Shown here: one piece after another, positions 12,130 through 21,162 of the stretch
How positions within the stretch are numbered: the first letter of the stretch is position 1
Layout of the letters: the number at the start of each line of letters is the position of its first letter
DNA from: Scenedesmus sp. PABB004
Lineage: Eukaryota
Assembly: GCA_014905635.1 (NCBI GenBank)
Contig: JABVCE010000003.1
Coordinates: 1-64,000, forward strand
Reading direction: 5' to 3'
Length of the DNA: 64,000 nt
Notes under the pieces: model-generated
Told to the model about the DNA's origin: nothing
The model's input: only the letters and a program-made list of their open reading frames with translations
Database searches by the model: none
Made by a program: the position numbers and the translations under genes

Positions 12130-15100
12130 ATGCAGGACCACAGGGACGCAGGAACGGAGGCGGCTGCAGCCGGCGTCAGGGCCACAGCGGCCACGCCGGG
12201 CTCGCCTGCCGTGCGCCCCTGTGGTCCTGGCGTCGGCGGGCCGCTCTACGTGTGCGTGGGCGGCGCGTGGCGGACCATCACCGCGACAAGCTCGGGGTTG
12301 GGCCGTCCGCCGCCGGGCCCGCACCGGGGCCGGACTACGCCTGGGTGGAGGGGGCCTGGCGCCGCGCGGCGGCCCTGCCGACCCCGGCGGGGCCGCCGGA
12401 GCGGCGTGCTGGGGGCGCGCGCCTGCCCGGCAGCACTGGCCGCGCGCGCGCTGCACCCACCGCCGCACCTGCCCACGCGCCGCCTGCCACCGCCGCCCGC
12501 CGCCGCACGACAGGTCATGCCCAAGGCCGCCCCGCGGCGGTCGCGCAGCGTGCGGCCCCGCCTTGTGCGCTGGGGCTCTCTGCCCTGGTGTTTGGCGTCG
12601 GCCCCGAGGATGCCATCGACGGCGGCAACCCCGCGCGCAGCAAGCTCTCCGAGGCCGTCCGGCGGGCTATTGCAGCGGGGGCTGATGCCGACACGCTCAC
12701 GTTGGCGGCGGCCGCGCTGGCCGCGGGGCGCATGCAGTGGATGGGCAGCACGCGTGCGGCGCAGCGCCGCCGCGTCATGCGTGTGCGCCTGCAGCGCATC
12801 CCCAGCGCCCACCGCGCTGCGCTGCTCCAGCACCGCGCGGCGCTGGCGGCGGCGCTGCGCGCGCAGCTCGGCTGGCGCCTCGTGGTCTGCGAGGACGGCC
12901 GCGCCCTGCCTGCTCAGCCGCCCCTGCCCACAGACGCCAACCCCTACGCAGCGCTCGCCGATGCTGCCGCCGCCGAGGCGGCGCCGGACAGCGGCGCCGA
13001 GCGCCGCGCGGCTCCCCCGCGCCTGCACGGCAGCATTGTGTGCAAGCACTTTGCTGGCCACGGCGACTTCTACGGCGTTGTGCTCAAGATCCGCGGCGCC
13101 CGCGGCCCCTACGCCTACCGTGTGCACTACACCGACGGCGAGGACGAGACGATGACGGAGGAGGAGGCGCGGGGCCACCTTGCCGGCAGCGTACCAGCAG
13201 CGCACGCGGTGCACGCGCTGCGCGCGCGCCTGCTGCCGCCGACGCCCGCAGATGGCGTGGTCGTCAAGAAGTACTTCCGGTCGCACCGGCAGCACTTTCA
13301 CGGCGTGCTCACCGTCCGGCCGCCCTTCTTTGCCGTAGCCTACACCGACGGCGACGCGGAGGACATGGACGCCGACGAGGCTGCGCGGCACGCGGTCGCT
13401 GACGCGCCCGAGCTCGCGCCGCACTGGGCCGGGCTCGCCGCGCGCGGCGCGCGCGCTGACCTCTACCCCCTTGCCGCCGCCGCGGCCGCTCAGCTCGCGC
13501 TTGGCGCCGACGCGCCCGAGGCGGCGCCGGCCGCTGCGGCCGCCGCCCCGGCTGCCGGGGCGGCGGCCGCCGACGTGCCGCTCGCGCCGGAGCGCGTCCC
13601 GGCGGCCGACAACGCAGCGCGGGCGCGCCGCGCGTGTCCCGCCTACACCGACCGCCGCATGCGCCGCCGCCACACAGGCCTCGTACGCGCCGCCAACCTG
13701 GCGTGGGCCCGCGCGGGGCTCCGCGTGGCGTGCATCAACGTCTGCGGCATGACCAGGCTGAAGGCTGCCGAGCTCGCCGCTGCTACGACGGCGCTCTGCA
13801 TCGACATCCTCGCCGTCGTCGAGACCTGGGAGGGCCACCCCTGCGTCGCCCACGAGCTGCCTGGCTACACCTTCATCGGCAAGCCGCGCAGCCGGGGGCA
13901 GGGCGGGGGCGTGGGCTTTTACGTCGCGCGCGCGCTGGCCCCGCTCGTGCGCGCGCACGCCGACACGCAGCTGCCCGAGGCGCTCTGGCTGGAGCTGCGC
14001 CGCGGCGGCAGCGCCGCGACCGCGCGGCCGGCGTCTGTCGGCGTCGTCTACCTGCCGCCGGCGTCGCTGGAGAGCGCCGCGCTGCGGGCCGACACCTACG
14101 CGCAGCTGCAGACGGACATCCAGAGGTTCCAGGAGCGGGGCGCGGTGCTGGTGCTGGGCGACTTCAACAGCCGCGTGGGCAGCAGCGCGCCAGCGGAGCA
14201 GCAGGCGGACCAGCCGCCGGCGCGCATCGGGCAGTGGGGGAGAGCGGCGCGCCCGACGCGGCGGGCCAGGCCCTGCTGGCCATGCTCGACGCCACTGACC
14301 TGTACGCCCTCAACGGGCGCGCGCCCACCGCCACCGGCCTGCCTGCCTACACCCGCGCCCGCCTCGTGTGCGGCGCTGACGGCACGCACACCGAGCAGTG
14401 CTCGGTGCTCGACTACGTCCTCGCGCCCGCGGCGTGGGCGCTCCCCTCCAGCCGCGGCCCGGCGCCCTGCGCCCTGACCGTGGCCGACGATCGGCGCATC
14501 ACCAAGTCTGACCACCTGCTGCTGTGGACCTGCCTGCCTCACCCCGCCGCCCGCGCGCGCGCCCCCGCGGGCCTGCGCCGCCGCGTCGCGCGCACCGACC
14601 TGCTCAAGCCGGTCCCGGGGCAGCGCGATGCGGGGCATGCCGATGCCTACCGCGCGGAGCTCGCCGAAGCGCTGGCCGACTATGCCGACGACGTGGCTGC
14701 CCTCGCCGACCAGGTGGGCAGCGCGCTGCTGCCGGCGCGCGAGGCGTGCGCGCGCGCCAAGGCTGCGCTGTGCGATGCCATTTGGACGGTGGTCGATGGC
14801 AGCGTTGGCTACAGGGAGGTGCGCTCGGGCGGTGGCGGCGGCAGCGCCGCCGCCGCGCGGCGCATCTTCACGCCGGCGGTCCAGGCCGCCGTGCAGGCGC
14901 GCCGCGACGCCGATGTCGCGCTGGCGGCCGCCCGGGGGGCGGCCGCCGGCGGCGACGCTGACGCCGCCCCTGCCCAGGCTGCTGCCGAGCTTGCCGCCGC
15001 GCGGGACCAGCTGTGCGCCGCACAGCGGGCTGTCAAGTCCGCCGTGGCGGCTGCGCGCGCAGCGGAGCTCGGCCGCCGCGTTGACGCGGTTCACGCCCGT

Positions 15101-17890
15101 CACGCGGCAGGCGACGGCAAGGGCATGTGGGAGCAGCTGCGCCAGATTGCCGGCACTGCCAGGCGGGGCCCTGGCGGCCCCGCAGCGCTGCGCGCTGCTG
15201 CCAGCACTGGCATGGTTGTGGGCGAGCAGCAGATCGCAGACGCCCTGGCAGCGCAGTACGCCAGTGTCAGCGACCCCGCGGCGTTTGCTGCCGGGGCAGA
15301 CTTTGACGAGCAGTGGCGCGAGCAGGTCGAGGCGGACGTGGCGCGCTACCGCGCCGCCGCCTCTGACCCCAGCGGCAGCGACAGCGAGCAGGACCCCCTC
15401 AGCGCCGACATCACCGCCGCCGAGGTCGCAGCCCAGGCGCAGGCCCTCTCCAACAACAAGGCCCCCAGCCCGCTCGACGGCGTCACCAACGAGCTGCTCA
15501 AGTACGGCGGCGAGCCCCTTTGGGGCGCGCTGGCCGCCTTCTTCAACCTGCAGTTCACCCTGGAGACCAAGGCCCAGACCGCCGGCGTCATCACCCCGAT
15601 CTACAAGCGCGGCGACCCGACCGACCCCGCCAACTACCGCCCCATCACGCTCGGCTCCGCGGTGGACAAGCTCTACAACCTCGTGCTCAACAAGCGCCTC
15701 ACCGACCACCTTGAAGGCCACGGCCTGCTGCACGACGCGCAGCAGGGCTTCCGGCCCGGGCGCAGCGCCGCCGACAACATCTTCATGCTCACCTCCTGCC
15801 TCGACGCCCGCGCCGCGCAGGGACTCGACACCTACGTACTGTTCCTTGACATCGCCAAGGCCTACGACACCGTGTGGCGCTCCGGCCTGCTTCACAACCT
15901 CTGGCGCGTGGGCGTGCGCGGCCGCCTGTTCCGCGTGCTCGCCAACATGACCGACCGCACGCGCAGCATGGTGCGGCACCGCGGCGCGCTGTCCACAGCC
16001 TTTGAGCCGGGCCTTGGGTGGGAGCAGGGCGACACGCTGGCGACTACGATGTTCAACGTCTTCATCAACGCCGTGCTCCAGGAGGTGTGGGCCGCCTGCC
16101 CGGGCGTGCCGCTGCCCGCCGCGCCCGCGCCCGCGCCCGCCGCGCCGCCCGCGCCGCCCGCCGGCGCGGCGCCACCCGCGCCCGAGCCAGGCGCCGCCGA
16201 CGACAAGCTGGTCGCGCTCCTCTTTGCGGACGACTGCGCCAGCCTTGCGGCCGGCCCGGCGGAGATGCAGCAGCTCCTTGGCGCCACGCGCGCCGCGCTC
16301 GCCCGCTGGCGGCTCAAGGCCAGTGTCAGCTCGGCGGACGCGTCCAAGACAGCGGTGATGGTGGTGCCGGGGGGCCGCACCCGGCGTGCCGTCGCTGCGG
16401 CGGCTGCTGCCGCGGCGGCCTACCAGTGGTCGTGGGGCGCGGAGCAGGTGCCGCGCGTCACTGGGTACAGGTACCTGGGCGCGTGGCTGACGGCCGATCG
16501 CAGCGCCCGCAGCTGGGACGCCCACCTGCAGCGCCGCAAGGCTGCTGCGGACAAGGCGTTCTGGGCTCAGTCGGCGGTGCTGCGCGAGCGGCGCCTGCCG
16601 CTGCGCCTGCGCCTGCTCACGCTCACGGGCGTGGTGCAGCCTGTGTTGACGCACGCGGCCCAGGTCTGGGCCCGCCCCACGGTCGAGCGCCGCGCGGAGC
16701 TCGACTCGTGGCAGGCGGGGCTGGTGGCGCGCATGACCGGGTGCCCGCCCAACGTGTCGCACGCGTGCCTGCAGCAGGAGCTGGGCATCACCCCGCTGCA
16801 TGTCGTCTGCGACACCCTCATGCTGCGCTACTGGCACCGCCTGCGCGCCCTGCCAGCCGACCGCCTGTTGCGCCGTGTTGCCGACGCCTGGCCCGCCACG
16901 CCGTGGTGGAAGGGCGTGGGCGGCCTCCTGCGGGACTACGGCGTCGATGTTGTGGCTACTGCTGGCATGAGCCGCAACGAGTTTGCTGCTCACCTTTGCG
17001 ACCTTGCTGGCGACCACATCGATGGCGCCTGGGAGGCCGCCGCCGGCCGCGGCTCGGTGGCGCGGCGCTACCGGGAGGCCTTTGGCAGCGGCGTCTTCTC
17101 TACTCGCTCCTTCACGCGCCGCGCCGGCGTGCCGTGCGCCCGGGATTACCTGGGCTGGCTCTGCAGCCCCGGCGGCCCGCGGCGCGGCCGGCCGGCGGAG
17201 CTGCTCATGCGCCTGCGCATGGAGTGCCTCCCGCTGCGCGCTGCCCACAGCCACGCGCGCCGGGGGGAGTCGATCGCGCGGCAGGCGGAGCGAGAGCGCT
17301 GCCCCTGCTGCGCTGCGCGCGCGCCCGAATCGGCCGCGCACTTTCTCTTTGAGTGCGGCGCGCCCGGCCGCCCTGCGCGCCTCGTTGCGCTGCTTGCGGA
17401 CCTCCGTGCCAGCGGCGGGGGCGCGCATGCTGGCGCGCTGGCTGCGCACCTGCGTGCGGCTGGTGTTGAGATGGCGGCTGGCGGCAGCCAGGAGCTGGAG
17501 GCTGGAGCTGGCGGCGGCGGCAGCGGCAGCGTCAGCGACCCCGGCGTCGTGGCTAGCGCGGCGGCCCCTCGGGCTGCTGACGCAGGCGCGGCGGTCAGCA
17601 TCAGCGATAGCGGCGTCACGGCTGATACGGCGGCCCCTCGGGCTGATGATGTCAGCGCGGCGGTCAGCGTCAGCAGCGTCTCTGCTGGTGCGGCGGCCCC
17701 TCGGGCTGCCGTTACCGGCGCGGCGAGTCGGTGTGCAGCACTGGAGCAGGCTCGGCGTTATCTGCTTGGTGACCTGCTGCAGGATCAGCTTGCTGTTCAC
17801 TCTGTGGCAGATTATGTGATGGACATCTGGAAGATGCGGGACACCGTCCTTAAGGGGCGCGGGACCAATGGGCGCGAGCCTGTGGTGTAA
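12130..17890 (+). CDS. Retrotransposon polyprotein: ORF1-like RRM region, 2x Tudor-like, APE endonuclease, reverse transcriptase, Cys/His Zn finger (frame changes near 12320 and 14236-14240)
   Basis: APE motifs: CINVCG, DILAVVETW, GGGVGFYV, VYLPP, VLGDFNSRVG, LDYVL, SDH. RT motifs: NYRPITL, QQGFRPGRS, LFLDIAKAYDTV, QGDTLA, LFADD, YRYLG. C-terminal CPCC...ESAAHFLFEC. The start codon is inferred. Confidence 0.85.
17520..17710 (+). repeat. Degenerate in-frame 60-69-bp tandem repeat in the RTEX C-terminus (AAPRA x3)
   Basis: CGGCGGCCCCTCGGGCTG recurs at ~17558, ~17628 and ~17691. Confidence 0.7.
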
Positions 17891-18119
17891 CTATCTTATC
17901 TTATCTTATCTTATCACCTGGTCTCCTTGGGCGCCCGTTGGGCGTTGGCCTCTGGCTGTGCCGTTGGGTGATGTGTGGGCCCCCTCTCGGGGGGCGCCGG
18001 GGCGCGGTTTTTAACGAGGGGTTGCTGCGCTCTTCCCGTTGGAGTTTTTTTCAGTGGGCTGCCCCTGGGCCTCGGTCCTTGTCTGGTCACCCATTGTAAC
18101 CAAAAAAAAAAAAAAAAAA

Positions 18120-18289
18120 GATGACCCCTCGGTGGCACCACCGGCGTTCGAAATCTGTCTGAGTGAGCTCCTTGCCGGAGCCCGACAGCCAGGATAAATA
18201 AATAAAGATAGTTACACCAGGAGCGCGGCACGCCCGCCAGCGCGCGCACGTCCATCGCTGCCTTGCGCCAGTCCAGCACGACTGGGTCG
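18120..18289 (-). mobile_element. Inverted fragment of the same L1 family
   Basis: Reverse complement of ~10545-10684 (VVLDWRKAAMDVRALAGVPRSW...RRWCHRGVI). It directly abuts the poly(A) of L1 copy 2. Confidence 0.9.
18195..18216 (-). mobile_element. 22-bp ultra-truncated RTEX-like insertion (terminus and tail only)
   Basis: Minus strand reads TCCTGG-TGTAACTATCTTTATTTATTTA-TCCTGG. TSD CCAGGA at 18189-18194 and 18217-18222. The insert is absent from the L1 copy at ~10610. Confidence 0.85.
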
Positions 18290-19187
18290 GGGGTGCGGAC
18301 GGCGGAGCAGCGGAGCGCCTTGCGGCCGCTGCGGCTCGAGCAAGGGGGCCGGAGGCGGTGCCCGGCGCGTGGCCTCGGGCTTGTGTGGCGCGTTGCGCGG
18401 CATTGTGCGGGCGCAGCGTGCGGCGCGGCGTGCTTGGCAGGCGCTGTGCGCGCGAGCGTGGCGCGCCAGGCAGTGTGTGGCGGCTTCGCGTGCCGGGCGG
18501 TGTACGGTGGCGTAGCGTGCCGGGCAAGGTCCGCGGCGATGTTGGGCGTGGGCGGGGCACAGCACCGGGCGCGCGGCACAGCCGACACCATTCCGGCGCG
18601 CGCCTGCTGGGAATACGGTGCTGTCATTCATCGCGGCCGTGCTGCGCGGGGCGCCGGGCTCGATCCAGCCGGTCCGGGCGCAGGCGAGGCGGCTGCAGCG
18701 ATGCGCAACGCGCTGCCAAGGCCAGCCCGCTGCAGCGGCGCGCGACGCGCTGCAGCAGCCCGGCCACCTCCTGCCGCGGCGCGGTGGGCGCCCACGAGCG
18801 TACAGCGTCTCCAAGGAGGGCCGCGGCGCTCCGCGCGCGGCCAGGCAGCCGCGCTGGCCGGACGGCATCCATCGCAACCGCCGCGCCGGCCGGGGGGACC
18901 GCGCTCCGCGCGCGGGACCCCCGGGGTGATCTGCGTGGCCCGTGCGCGCTTGTGGGCCGGCCGACCGCGGCGGAGGCAGCAGCAGCAGCGGCAGCAGCAC
19001 GTTGCCTGCCCCGGCCGGCTGCTGTTGCTGCTGCACGGCCGCGTGGTGGCGTCGACGGGCATGTAATGCCTTTTCAGAGGGCCGCGAGGCCGCGAGCGCG
19101 GCCAGGGGCGCGCAGCCGCCAGGCGCCGTTGTTACTCCGGTCGGCCCGGCCGCGCCGGCCGGTCGGGCGCCGCCCTCCGCGTTGGAT

Positions 19188-20139
19188 AAAGATAAAGATA
19201 AAGATAGTTACACCACAGGCTCGCGCCCATTGGTCCCGCGCCCCTTAAGGACGGTGTCCCGCATCTTCCAGATGTCCATCACATAATCTGCCACAGAGTG
19301 AACAGCAAGCTGATCCTGCAGCAGGTCACCAAGCAGATAACGCCGAGCCTGCTCCAGTGCTGCACACCGACTCGCCGCGCCGGTAACGGCAGCCCGAGGG
19401 GCCGCCGCACCAGCAGAGACGCTGCTGACGCTGACCGCCGCGCTGACATCATCGGCCCGAGGGGCCGCCGTATCAGCCGTGACGCCGCTATCGCTGATGC
19501 TGACCGCCGCGCCTGCGTCAGCAGCCCGAGGGGCCGCCGCGCTAGCCACGACGCCGGGGTCGCTGACGCTGCCGCTGCCGCCGCCGCCAGCTCCAGCCTC
19601 CAGCTCCTGGCTGCCGCTAGCCGCCATCTCAACACCAGCCGCACGCAGGTGCGCAGCCAGCGCGCCAGCATGCGCGCCCCCGCCGCTGGCACGGAGGTCC
19701 GCAAGCAGCGCAACGAGGCGTGCAGGGCGGCCGGGCGCGCCGCACTCAAAGAGAAAGTGCGCGGCCGATTCGGGCGCGCGCGCCGCGCAGCAGGGGCAGC
19801 GCTCCCGCTTCGCCTGCTGCGCGATCGACTCTCCCCGGCGCGCGTGGCTGTGGGCAGCGCGCAGCGGGAGGCACTCCATGCGCAGGCGCATGAGCAGCTC
19901 CGCCGGCCGGCCGCGCCGCGGGCCGCCGGGGCTGCAGAGCCAGCCCAGGTAATCCCGGGCGCACGGCACGCCGGCGCGGCGCGTGAAGGAGCGAGTAGAG
20001 AAGACGCCGCTGCCAAAGGCCTCCCGGTAGCGCCGCGCCACCGAGCCGCGGCCGGCGGCGGCCTCCCAGGCGCCATCGATGTGGTCGCCAGCAAGGTCGC
20101 AAAGGTGAGCAGCAAAACTCGTTGCGGCTCATGCCAGCA
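19188..20139 (-). mobile_element. 5'-truncated RTEX-like copy (~950 bp)
   Basis: Near-identical reverse complement of ~16960-17890 with a (CTTTAT)n tail. TSD GTTGGAT at 19181-19187 and 20140-20146. Confidence 0.95.
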
Positions 20140-20408
20140 GTTGGATCCGCCCGTTCCGCGGCGCGCGGGCAGATCGGGCCGGGCGCGCGGCCGCGCGGTC
20201 GCGCGGGCCGGCGGGGCAGCGGCAGCTCACCTGGAGCGGGTCACCCGGTCGCGGCAGGGGCGCGCTTGGCCGCGGCGCGCCCCCGAAACCTGCGGGCGCC
20301 CATCGCGGTCACGTCGCGACCGGCGGCGCGGCCCGCGGCGGCCGGACGGGGGCGGGGGCCGGCCATCCCTTCTACCCGAAGTGACCATAGTATTCCAATG
20401 GCGTAAAA

Positions 20409-21107
20409 AGCATGTTGGAGCCGCGCACCTCCGATCCGCAGGGGCGGCGGGCAGGGGAAACGGCGCACGGCAGCGCCGCGCCGCGGCGCCGGCGAGCGGC
20501 GCGCGGCCCGCGGCGCGGCGCGGCCGCCGGCGGCCGACCTCGGCGGCGCAGCCCGTGGCCGGGCAGCATGTTGGAGCCGCGCACCTCCACTCCGCAGGGG
20601 CGGCGGGGCAGGGGAAACGGCGCACGGCAGCGCCGCGCGGCGGCGCCGGCGAGCGGCGCGCGCGCGGGCGGCGCGCGGCCCGCGGCGCAGCGCGGCCGCC
20701 GGCGGCGGCCCTCGCCGGCGCAGCCCGTGGCCGGGCAGCATGTTGGAGCCGCGCACCTCCACTCCGCAGGGGCGGCGGGGCAGGGGAAGCGGGCTGATGA
20801 TGTCAGCGCGGCGGTCAGCGTCAGCAGCGTCTCTGCTGGTGCGGCGGCCCCTCAGGCTGCCGTTACCGGCGCGGCGAGTCGGTGTGCAGCACTGGAGCAG
20901 GCTCGGCGTTATTTGCTTGGTGACCTGCTGCAGGATCAGCTTGCTGTTCACTCTGTGGCAGATTATGTGATGGACATCTGGAAGATGCGGGACACCGTCC
21001 TTAAGGGGCGCGGGACCAATGGGCGCGAGCCTGTGGTGTAACTATCTTTATCTTTTAAAGCGGCGCACGGCAGCGCCGCGCCGCGGCGCCGGCGAGCGGC
21101 ACGCGCG
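20409..21107. repeat. Diverged monomers (~2.5) of the 172-bp satellite, interrupted by an RTEX fragment
   Basis: CATGTTGGAGCCGCGCACCTCC...GGGGAAACGGCGCACGGCAGCGCCGCGCCGCGGCGCC aligns to the main monomer with substitutions. Confidence 0.9.
20793..21057 (+). mobile_element. 5'-truncated RTEX-like copy (~265 bp) inserted in a satellite monomer
   Basis: Matches ~17642-17890 plus tail CTATCTTTATCTTTT. Probable TSD AAGCGG at 20787-20792 and 21058-21063. Confidence 0.9.
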
Positions 21108-21162
21108 ATGGGTTACAACTTGACAGCCCGGGTGTGGTGCCGATTGCCTCGGTGTGACAGCT

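Larger units (their letters stand above)
11371..17914 (+). mobile_element. Apparently full-length RTEX-like APE-type non-LTR retrotransposon
   Basis: Flanked by TSD ATCACCTGGTCT (11359-11370 and 17913-17924); the empty site is visible in L1 copy 1 at ~481. 3' tail is (CTTAT)n. Encodes APE + RT + C-terminal Zn finger. Clade assignment is tentative. Confidence 0.92.
9851..18119 (+). mobile_element. 5'-truncated L1-like LINE (copy 2), interrupted at 11370/17915 by a nested RTEX-like element
   Basis: ORF2 C-terminal remnant (stop 10843), a 3' UTR matching 1-678, then TGTAAC + A18 tail at 18102-18119. Confidence 0.85.

Noticed and set aside
14096..17800. 1234-aa antisense ORF over the RT gene, and similar antisense ORFs over host genes
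   Set aside because: Shadow ORFs caused by GC-rich codon usage; no recognisable motifs.
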